This document shows, piece by piece, positions 1 to 8,613 of a DNA stretch of 64,000 nucleotides; positions within the stretch are counted from its first letter, which is position 1; every line of letters begins with the position of its first letter. The notes below the pieces were generated by a model. It searched no databases. It saw only the letters and a program-made list of their open reading frames with translations, and was not told the DNA's origin. The position numbers were made by a program, and so were the translations under genes. The stretch comes from Convolutriloba macropyga (Eukaryota), in the NCBI RefSeq assembly GCF_964194025.1, contig NC_134480.1, positions 42,036,001 through 42,100,000 of the forward strand. The letters run 5' to 3'.

Positions 1-643
1 TTAACTCTTGTGTTCATAGTGTTAACAAAACTATCCATTTTGTGAACATATTTATCGTCGTTTTCCTCCATGTAGCGATATATAATGTTTTTTAAAGATC
101 TAATTGCTCTTTCTGCTACAGCAGTTTTTGTTTCACTTCTTGTAGAGTAGATTTTGATGTCTTTACTCTTGCAAAATTTTTTGAATTCTCCCCCGAACTC
201 AGTACCTTGATCATCCCACACTCTATCAGGTTTAGTGTTCTTCCTTAACATTTTTTTAAAGGCAGCTACAGCATCAGTGGCATATTTTTTTTACTTCATT
301 GATTGAACACGGACCAACCGAGAAAAGATGTCAACACATATCAATAAGTATTTCACACCGTTTTTAAATTCAGACATCTTATCCAAAAAAGCCAAATCAA
401 GACACCAAAACTCATTGATACGTTTTGCAAAAGCAGGTAATTTTTTGAAATGTCGAATCGCTTGTCGAAAATTAGCGTAAGAATTCTTTCTGTATAAAAA
501 TCAGTAACTTTCTTCTTTGACAACCCGCTAGCTTTCTAAAGTTTTTGAAGTGAACCATATGCGGCTTTTCCTTCCCTGTACAACCTCTGTAGCTTGGCTC
601 TTTCGGATTTGGAAAGGGTTCCAGCTCCCCCGTTTTTTGGCAT
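1..643 (-). pseudogene. Maverick retroviral-type (rve) integrase, disrupted, runs off the window start
   Basis: Manual translation: MPKNGGAGTLSKSERAKLQRLYREGKAAYGS...WCLDLAF...KYLLICVDIFSR...VWDDQGTEF...AERAIRSLK gives the D-D-E triad. There is an in-frame TAG and frameshifts. Confidence 0.9.
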
Positions 644-1010
644 CTTTGTTGAAAATTTTATGTGGATTTAAGCCAATTGCGTCAAGAAATGTGTAATAAA
701 TATCAGTACATTCAACGTTTTTCTTCTTCAAAGCGTATACAAAATCGACAAATGCGACGTTTTTATCTCTTCCGTCTAATAATATGGAATCAGAAAGGGA
801 TAGCTTAATGCGAGGAGAACTCAAAATTTCATTGATAAGTGATTCGTTGCTGGAAGACTTTGTTTTAACGTTAACTTTCTTATAATTAGTTTCTAAGTTT
901 TTTTGCAGCCGAATCCTGTTTTTCGTTATATTTGTCCAATCTTTGAGGTGATAACCTGATTTTTTGATCATAAAGTTATTGAGGAATTGAAACAAACTGA
1001 TCCATTTCAA
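528..1010 (-). pseudogene. Maverick hypothetical protein between the small basic ORF and integrase
   Basis: 160-aa ORF. The likely original start (MDQFVSIPQ*LY..., ATG at ~1005) is in another frame, so it is frameshifted. Tightly packed with its neighbours. Confidence 0.5.
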
Positions 1011-1309
1011 GAGAGACGATTAATGATTGAAGGAGTTAAAATTGATATAAGACTGATCCCTTTTTTGGAGCTCAGGATCTGTCTTCTTTTACTGAGACTA
1101 GTTCTTTTTAAAAAAGGCAGTTGATTTTCTTCTCTGAACTTTAAAATTTCTTGTTTTTGAATTTCTCTTAGCTCTCCTCTTAGAAGGTTTACTATGCACA
1201 CGTTTAGAAACTGGATGAAGTCTTTGGGGCAATATTTGAGGAAAGTTGTTTTGAAGCTCTGGGAATATTTCTGGAAAGCGATCAGAGTAGAGAGATGTTG
1301 TGTGCTCAT
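1007..1309 (-). CDS. Small basic protein of the type that follows the ATPase in Mavericks (putative virion core/membrane-active protein)
   Basis: 100 aa, K/R-rich, with FLNVCIVNLLRG...KRRQILSSKKGISLISILTPSII and an amphipathic C-terminus. Its start overlaps the ATPase stop. Confidence 0.65.
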   Translation of the reverse strand: MSTQHLSTLIAFQKYSQSFKTTFLKYCPKDFIQFLNVCIVNLLRGELREIQKQEILKFREENQLPFLKRTSLSKRRQILSSKKGISLISILTPSIINRLS

Positions 1310-1964
1310 CGTTCAAAAATGTAATCTGTTGCCTGCTTTGAGGTAGAAAAAAAAGATAGCGTTGAACCACTGTTAGTACAGTATCTTAGAGAGTCGACTG
1401 TTTCTGGAGTCAAGTCAATAAGTAAATGACCATAGGGAATTGAAGTTGCTGTGGTATACCAGTCTTTTAGTTGAGATCCCAATCCCAACTGTTGACTGAG
1501 CGTGTTTATTTGTAAGACGTCTCTGGGTGATTTGAATAAAACAATATGGGTGTTCTGTAGCTCAATATACCTTCCTATTGTCGGCTTTGATGAAAGAGAT
1601 TGTGCTTTATGTACACTGTACTTAAACTTTTATGTCTACCAGCGGTAGCTATTTTTACAAATTCTTTGGAACTAGAAATTTCTTCAAGAGGGTAATCAAA
1701 AATAAGGAAATACTTTCTTCCAATGTTAGGTAAATTCTCTATCAACTTGAAATCAACACCTTGAACGAACTCAATGTTTTTTATATTTTTTGACATTAGT
1801 CCGTAAAGAGATTGATAGTGTTGATAAAAATGGTAAATTTTTTCAAATTCTGGTTGAAAAGTTCCAAAAACTAACCAATCATGGATGAGATGAGATTTCC
1901 CGGATCCACTTGGTCCAACCAATGAATTAAAAACTCGTTATTTCGTGGAAATTGATTTGTTCAT
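1306..1964 (-). pseudogene. Maverick DNA-packaging ATPase (A32/FtsK-HerA-like), disrupted
   Basis: Walker A GPSGSGKS, degenerate Walker B FLIFDY, AGRH motif, HNLFHQ, then NTHIVLFKSPRD and PYGHLLIDL. Split over ORFs 1575-1922 and 1306-1488 in different frames. Confidence 0.92.
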
Positions 1965-2224
1965 ATTTTTGGAGAAGGTAAAATATATCCAACAGTACTC
2001 AACAAAATGGCGATCCAAACTGTTGTCTCCTCACAAGTGTCAGCTAATGTAAATCTTACGATACAGCAAGCTAGAATCAATAGTATGACAAAAAACTGGG
2101 ACAGAAAAACTACTAAAGACCGGTTACATGTCTGTCCAAAACATTTCCAAGATTGACGTTCTTGATTATTGTCATCAAAGACAAAATTACCTAATTGAAG
2201 TCCCTTATCAGTGTGATCAGTCAT
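1961..2224 (-). CDS. Small two-TM membrane protein (W-x-C...FLSQF...YILPSP type)
   Basis: Intact 87-aa ORF with two hydrophobic helices (LVVFLSQFFVILLILACCIV; VWIAILLSTVGYIL). Its stop overlaps the ATPase ATG. Confidence 0.7.
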   Translation of the reverse strand: MTDHTDKGLQLGNFVFDDNNQERQSWKCFGQTCNRSLVVFLSQFFVILLILACCIVRFTLADTCEETTVWIAILLSTVGYILPSPKI

Positions 2225-2243
2225 TTATACGCTATCTTATTCC

Positions 2244-2480
2244 CTAGGAATTAAGGAACTGTGCAACTGAATTGAAACGTAAACAACACAGAAATATGCC
2301 AAAAATTAACAAGAAGATAAGTGAACTTGACATAACACACAACCAAAAAATTGTTCCGTCCGAGGAATCAGTGAGAAAAAGCATCAAAATTGAAAAAAGT
2401 ACTAAACTTAGGATCAAGACTATGAAAGAATAATAAAGTATGGGAACACAGTATTTGTAGATATTTTTTAAACAACTCAT
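2244..2480 (-). CDS. Small two-TM membrane protein
   Basis: Intact 78-aa ORF, almost entirely two long hydrophobic segments separated by TDSSDGT. Its start overlaps the upstream stop. Confidence 0.55.
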   Translation of the reverse strand: MSCLKNIYKYCVPILYYSFIVLILSLVLFSILMLFLTDSSDGTIFWLCVMSSSLIFLLIFGIFLCCLRFNSVAQFLNS

Positions 2481-3016
2481 TCTCTAATACTAATTTCAGA
2501 GAAAAAAATTACGAATAAAAATGTTAAATTACAATCACGAATACAAACTTTAAATATTATCAAAAAATTCAAAGTCCATTTCTCATAACCGTATGTTTTC
2601 TTTTCTGCACAATGAAGAGTCTTCTTGTGTTGATACGTGTAGTTGCTGCAATTCCATTCAGCATCATCGTTTTCTAATAGTTTGGAAGCCTTCGGACAAC
2701 CAAGATCATCAAGATTTTCTACATCCTTACACAAGTAGGGTTAAAAAATTTTGCATTTTTCAAGTCCTTTAGCAAAGTACTCTGTTGTTGGTCAGCAATG
2801 CTGATGTATGATAAAAGCCAGCTCAGAATAATCAAGCTTTCCATGGTTTCAATTTATACCGTGCATATTTTTGGTATTCCATTTTGCTTGAAAAGTCGGT
2901 TTATGGACTTTAGGTGCGAGAAAACTGTATTCAAGTACGATTCCGTCCTTAAAGATTCCCAATTCTTTGACAAGTTTTCCTTCTAAGCATTCAATATCTT
3001 GTACAACGAGAGGCAT
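2477..3016 (-). pseudogene. DEDD-type 3'-5' exonuclease-like accessory protein, disrupted
   Basis: One frame with internal stops: MPLVVQDIECLEGKLVKELGIF...HGIN*NHGKLDY...YFAKGLEKC...VENLDDLGCP...HCA. Shows a DxE ExoI-like start and an HGI motif. Confidence 0.55.
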
Positions 3017-3037
3017 TCTTCCTTGTGGGATGATTTT

Positions 3038-3467
3038 TCAAAAAATGATCAACAGTCTAGCATTTTGAAAATACGTGGATGACACATTTTTATAAAGATA
3101 CAAAAGAACAGACAAGTAATGTGACCCAAGAGACATGAGCTTGGAATTTGAGGTAACATGTAACAACATGTAACAATAATCCGGTCGTTGGTTTGTAGTT
3201 GCTTTAACCGCTCCAGCAAAATCGTGTAGAAGTGCATGTAAATGAAACACTTTCGATCTTGCTATGAAAAAGTCCAGAATTGAATTACCGTAACCAATGA
3301 GTCCTCCGTGGGGGAAGTTTGGTCAATTTCCTCCAAATTAATGTTGGAATTCCAAATTTTACATGCAGCCAGAAAACAATTTTTTTACGTTTTTCGTTCT
3401 TGGGAAACATTGGAAAAATACTACTGTAACAATTAAAAATGTTTAAAAGTGTGACAATATCCATCAA
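3038..3467 (-). pseudogene. HD-motif accessory protein (possibly phospholipase A2-like), frameshifted
   Basis: Pieces from three overlapping ORFs: ...VFHLHALLHDFAGAVK...DYCYML...SCLLGHITCLFFC. Confidence 0.35.
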
Positions 3468-3476
3468 TTGTTTTCT

Positions 3477-3872
3477 TTATTTATCTAGAGTGATACTGGT
3501 CTTTTTGAAAGTCTCTACATAAGAAAGAAGGTCAGGAAGATGTTCCAATAATTTTTTGTATTCCTCTTTTTTTAGTTCCATTTTTGTCAAAAAACTCCAA
3601 TGAACTCCGTTCCAACGATGTTGTGAAATGGAAGTTTCTTGTTTTTCAGATTGATATATTAAAGAAGTGCGTCGAAATCCGTTATGAATAACCCACTTTA
3701 GTTCTGAAAAATTGGACTCACTGTCAAGTTTATCAATTTTGGGAAAATTTATAGCTTCAAGAACTGTATAAGAAGACTTTTTTAGTTCGTAGTGAAGTCT
3801 AACGTCGAATATTTTTGATTTATTTCATAGACTCAGAAAAATATTTCTGGAGGAACCAATATTCCAACTCAT
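3477..3872 (-). pseudogene. PC4/Sub1-like ssDNA-binding protein candidate (two half-domains), one internal TGA
   Basis: Manual translation MSWNIGSSRNIFLSL*NKSKIFDVRLHY...WSFLTKMELKKEEYKKLLEHLPDL. This resembles the PC4 beta-hairpin (FQIGKMRYVSV...IDIREY) and helix (ISLNPEQWSQLKEQI). Confidence 0.45.
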
Positions 3873-3945
3873 TTTCAGGTTGAAAAAAGGAAAAATGAAC
3901 AGAAGATATCAATTAAAAAGACAAATATATTACAAAATTACACAT

Positions 3946-4543
3946 TTAGTGAAATGTACATTGTTGAATATTAGAAAATTCTTTCAAATTTTGTATCAAC
4001 TCCTTGACATCATCCAGAGTGTAGCTGACATAAGTCACTTGTTTGAACTAGTTGTTCTCCTTTCGACGAAAGTCGAATTTGTACATAAGTTGAGTCTGGG
4101 TTGTTCTTGATGTATTGGAGGAAAGTAACATAGAGTCTGCGGTTTCGTCCAATGCTAATCTCTCTCACTTTGTGACACTGTTCCAGCACGTGTTCGATGC
4201 CTATGTTTTTGTCGAATTGAGGCTGGTTTCCTCTCATCTCTAGTTCTCCTTTGAGAAGATCTTCCTTGAGGAAGCAGAATTTTTGAAACTCATAGTCTCC
4301 AATTCGCAGTTGCCGGTACTTTTCAAAAGTCCCAGAATTGTCTTTTCTAAAGACTTGGAAGGTTGGTTCAGTTTAAATTTTTCCGTTTCTTGAAATCTGG
4401 AACACAGTAAATCTCCCAAGTCTTTTTGAATTGGAACCAAAGTCCATATAAAAAAGAACCGAATCAGTCGCTGGTTTTGGAGACGATTGAGTGTACCTTG
4501 AAGGAGCACTCGAAAGGAAAGGTGATACTTTAGAGAGAGACAT
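3946..4543 (-). pseudogene. Tandem PC4/Sub1-like ssDNA-binding protein candidate, disrupted
   Basis: ORFs 4373-4600 and 4010-4237 are the same frame. Reconstruction: MDFGSNSKRLGRFTVF...FQVFRKDNSGTFEKYRQLRIGDYEFQKF / ISIGRNRRLYVTF...YVQIRL(F)RRKENN*FKQVTYVSYTLDDVKELIQNL. Confidence 0.55.
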
Positions 4544-4620
4544 TTCAACAACTTGAGCAGAGAGTGAAAAACAAAATAAATGATTTGTATTTGTATGCAA
4601 TTCCTCTCAATAACTAAAAA

Positions 4621-4694
4621 TTTCCTTTTATGGTAATGACGTCATTTATACCCATAAAAGGTATGCTAAATGACGTTATTTCCTTATAGGGTAA
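4621..4694. promoter_or_regulatory. Divergent promoter with two inverted CArG boxes flanking a CRE, plus a second CRE/CArG-like pair
   Basis: CCTTTTATGG (4624-4633), TGACGTCA (4637-4644), CCATAAAAGG (4652-4661), TGACGTTA (4671-4678), CCTTATAGGG (4682-4691). Lies between divergent genes. Confidence 0.6.
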
Positions 4695-4990
4695 CTTAAT
4701 CGGAAATCTTAAGGTTGGCAAATATTTTAATCCGATTTTCAAAAGTTTCCTGGTTTTTAGCTCGTCTGTGTTGCATTAAAGGAAAATAGTGCTTGAAATA
4801 TTTTGAACAAGTATAACAACGAATTCTTTTTGTCTTCTGTTTCTTGAACTGTATCATTATGAAAATGATTTTTTAGCTTTTCATGGAAACAGAAATTGTT
4901 ACAGCTAAAAAGAGAAAATTAAGTTACCGTACTTTTTGTTTCCATAAATAGGTTCTATTCTGTTATCTCGATAGGGAAATTGCAGCAATA

Positions 4991-5580
4991 ATGTGTCAGG
5001 TTTTACCTCAATTTTTCAGAGATTATAATGACAAGACATTATTCCTTTCTGTATCAGTTAAGGAGTATAAACCTTATCTACTCACTAAAAATCACTCCGT
5101 TGCTACTCATAATGATAATTTTTGTCCATTAAAGACTTGTCGCTACCACATTATTCTCATTTCATCCTCAGTTAAAGAGATGTTAGAGACAATAGAAAAC
5201 TTGTCTCATTTTTTTCAAACAGTCGATTGCTTGTATACACTTGTATAAACGACAGTTGTTTTGGTTCCATTTTAGAAGAGTCAGGTGTGGTCTTTGCTCA
5301 GTTAACCAGAGCGGTGGAGCACAACTTGGAGAATAAGTACGTGGAAAAATCACCCAGTATCTCCAAAAAAAGATTGAGCAGAAAGAAGTTCAAGCGTCAT
5401 CTACTAAGCGCTGAGCAAAGAAATGCGAGTACTCAAACCCTTGGATCATCTTTCCTACATAGAATTCATTCCCTTAGAAACTCAAAGTATGAGAGTGAAC
5501 TTATAAAGATTGTTAATATTTTGTTAGATGGCCATGGCATAATTGATAATCCTCTTCTGTATCTTGAAATTAGAAAATAA
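4991..5580 (+). pseudogene. Maverick accessory hypothetical protein (frameshifted near 5230)
   Basis: Overlapping ORFs 4991-5248 and 5227-5580 join at VDCLYTCIN. Contains ATHNDNFCPLKTCRYHIIL and an NLS-like KKRLSRKKFKR. Confidence 0.5.
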
Positions 5581-5644
5581 CGTTATTAAATTCTTGTTTG
5601 TGTTTTGTGATTTGTAGTTGTCTGTATAATTTGAATTAACTGGT

Positions 5645-6080
5645 TGCTTAAAATCGATTTTATAAAAAACTTTTCTTATAAATTGAAAATTCAAACAACT
5701 TTTTTCTTAAAAATCGATAAAATTTTCAACGTTCTCCTAAAAATCGAAAATTTTTTCAACATTTCCTTTTAAATATAAAATTTTGGGTTATAAAAAAATT
5801 CTTAAATGTCGAATAAATTTTCAATATATGTCATTTAAAAACGCAAAAAATATTCATTTTTCTTCATTTTACGGTATGATATTGCGCAAAAAAAATTTTC
5901 TTCACATTTTAAAATGACAACTTTCGAACTTGTTTTGTTTTATTACATATCAATTTTCAAAACAAAGATTTCTATTAAAAATCGAAAAAAATTCAGTTAT
6001 TTGCATAAAAATCAATTTTTAAATCGACATTTTTGCTACGAAGCAGAATTTTAATCAAAGTAATTATAAAATTTTGACAA
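5645..6080. repeat. Degenerate AT-rich ~30-bp tandem repeat between convergent Maverick genes
   Basis: Recurring TAAAAATCGA/TTTTCAAC units, clearest at 5700-5770. Confidence 0.5.
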
Positions 6081-6202
6081 AAGTTGCTGTGCTTTTGCTT
6101 GAACAAAGCCTGCATAGTGTTTGGAGTAACGAAATAGTTCAACTTCAAAAGAAATGAATTAAAACACAAGTGAAAATACATCACAAAGTACTTTAAAGGA
6201 AT

Positions 6203-6916
6203 TCAAGTATAAAATTTACAAGTTTTAATTTCATTGCCAAATGAACGGACTCTTTCAACGATTGCTGGCGGTTCTGTAGGTCGAACACTGATGGGAGTTA
6301 TTGGAGCCTCATCCGTCAGCACAATAGGGTTGTGAGTTGCTCCGTCCTCTATGGAGGGGGTTGTCATTGACGGTTTAGTCGACATATCAGTCGAACCATA
6401 TTATTGAGCTGGATCGAAGTTTTCCAGATCGCTAAATGACCACGTGGTGCTAGTATCGACACTCAATTCGCTTTGTTCACTGCTGCCAGCATTGCTCACT
6501 ATCCGGAGAAGACTGTTTGGCGGCTCTGGACTGGATACTTGACTTGTCACTGGTGTATTTAACCAGTTGTTGGGAATCTGTCCTTCCTCACACGGAAGTA
6601 TGTACTGAATGCTTCCAGCACCGTAGTTGTCGGGAAAATCTGTTCCATATAAGTGAGGATAGTGATGTCCACTGATCACAGCAACTTCGTGACCCATTGC
6701 GTGAGTTCCAAGCTGATTCTCCGTGATTGGAAACTGTCCCTGATGATATGTGTCAAACTGTTGTCGCTGGTGCTCAATAATGTGCCACACTGTAATAGGC
6801 AGGGTTAGAATTGACTCGTAGAGCCCATTCGATAGGTCTCTGATGCTTATCCGAGCAGTCTCCTCTGTGAAAGAAACTGAGTAGAGAAGACTGTTGATCT
6901 GCTCTGTAAATTCCAC
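6203..6916 (-). pseudogene. Accessory protein: N-terminal PC4-like segment plus long S/T/P-rich disordered tail
   Basis: ORFs 6401-6916 and 6203-6385 are one frame separated by a single TAA. N-terminus YSVSFTEETARISIRDL...ILTLPITVWHIIEHQRQQFD. Higher GC than the flanks. Confidence 0.55.
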
Positions 6917-7062
6917 TTCTCAGTGTGGTGAGATGAGAAGAAGGATTAGAGTTAAAGTTAGTTGAGACAGAGGTGATGTTGTTTTAAGAGAAGAGAAAGC
7001 AAGTGATGTTGGATGAATTTTTCAGATCTATTTATACTAAACTCCAACCGATGAGAACAAAG

Positions 7063-7265
7063 TTTCCAAAAAGGGTAATGATTAGCAGAAAAAGTGACGT
7101 TATTATCCAGGAAAGGAAATGTATCAGTTGTAAAATTACCAAAGAAGGAATCAACTCATAGAAAATGTAACAATACTATCCGAAACGGGTAAGCTCAGTA
7201 CTGAATAGTGACCAAAAAAGGTAACTTTTACACGTGTTATCCTAATTAACAGCCAAAGATGGATA
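7063..7265. promoter_or_regulatory. Array of six CC-N6-GG (CArG-like) boxes with a CRE-like site, upstream of the 6203-6916 gene
   Basis: Boxes start at 7066, 7107, 7139, 7180, 7212 (perfect CCAAAAAAGG) and 7253, with spacing alternating 41/32 bp. TGACGTTA at 7095. Minus-strand TATAAATA at 7029-7036. Confidence 0.55.
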
Positions 7266-7267
7266 AG

Positions 7268-7902
7268 TTAGGGGAAATGAATTGATGTAATTGACCAAAA
7301 AAATAAGCTTTGATAATTTCTCTCCATCTCGTTAAATCTCAAATCGATCTCGGAAAGTTCTCCAAATTTGGAACTAAATTTTTGTATATAAATGTTGGGA
7401 AGTCGTATTCCAAATCGTACTCATACCCCCTCTGCATTGTAGTCCTTGTAATAATGAAAAAAAAGCGCACTCTGCAGAGATGAAGTAATTATTACTGGTT
7501 CAGTAATTGGGATCAAATTAGATTGAGTCAGATTTCTGTACTGTTCCATAATTTCTGGGACAGAATTCAATATGAAAAGCATTTCATACTTGTTGATGTG
7601 TAGTTCTGACGATAAATCGAAAGACATCAGACATGTTTTGTTATGCAGTCATCATACTAGAATTTTTTGATAGAGAAGGTTGCATATTCAAATCCTTTAC
7701 TAAATCGTATGATTCTGTTGTTTTGATTAAAAACATCCAAGATATTGTAAAAGAAATAAGAATCAACATCAATTTCATCTACTCTGTAAGCATCAGCGAT
7801 TTCTTCCTTTCTTTTGTAAATTTTTTCCAAAAGTTGTAAGTGATTCTTGATCAACCTTTTTTGCACAAATGAATACAGTATCAATAAAAACCCTGTTAAC
7901 AT
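7268..7902 (-). pseudogene. Degenerate accessory gene with tandem PC4-like pattern
   Basis: Fragments NRIIRFSKGFEYATFSIKKF...FDLSSELHINKYEMLFIL...VRFGIRLPNIYIQKF...SEIDLRFNEME, with stops and a frameshift. Confidence 0.35.
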
Positions 7903-8460
7903 AAAGGAAAATTAAAATAGAAAAAGCAATGCATAGAATGATATCGTTTATCTTGAGCATTAGATTTCTAAAGCTGAAGTCTGTTTGGAAGGGAAGTTCT
8001 ATTACAACAACTTTAAGTTGTACAACGTCCAATTTTTCCTCAATAACAGATGGAAATCTTTTCTTGATCTCTCTCTGATTGTTTTGAAAGCACATTTATG
8101 CGCTAGTTTCTATTTTCAATAAAACTAAATTTGATCTCAGACAGTAAATTTTATCAATATTTGAGATACACAATTTTGGACTACATCTATTCAAAATACT
8201 GTAACAATCGAAAATTTTTAAAGAGTAATGGTCTTGTTGTATTTTCTTTGGTGAAAAAATCTGTTTTCGAAAGGAAAAATTCAAGTAAAGGTTAACAAAT
8301 AAAAGTGAGAAGAAAATGAGAAAAGTTCGAATTTTTTGCCAGGGAACGATTTTGTACATTTAAACTGAAATTTAGTTAATTGTATGTAGATCTGTCTAAA
8401 TTGGAATCATATCAATCTTCTAGAGTGTTCTGTCATGACGCCTGAAACTAAAAGTAGAAA

Positions 8461-8494
8461 TGACGTCATTTCCATATATGGAAGTGATGAGTCA
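8461..8494. promoter_or_regulatory. Compact CRE-CArG-ETS-AP-1 module upstream of pPolB
   Basis: TGACGTCA (8461-8468), CCATATATGG (8472-8481), GGAAGT (8480-8485), TGAGTCA (8488-8494). About 120 bp before the pPolB ATG at 8614. Confidence 0.6.
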
Positions 8495-8613
8495 TCGTCG
8501 AGTAGCTTAAAGTTACATAGCAGCTTTTAATGATTATATTTTCTGTTTTTTCAGATTCAGTTGCTCCGCAATTTACCTCAATTTGACTCAATTCCTCTTG
8601 AACTAACATAACA

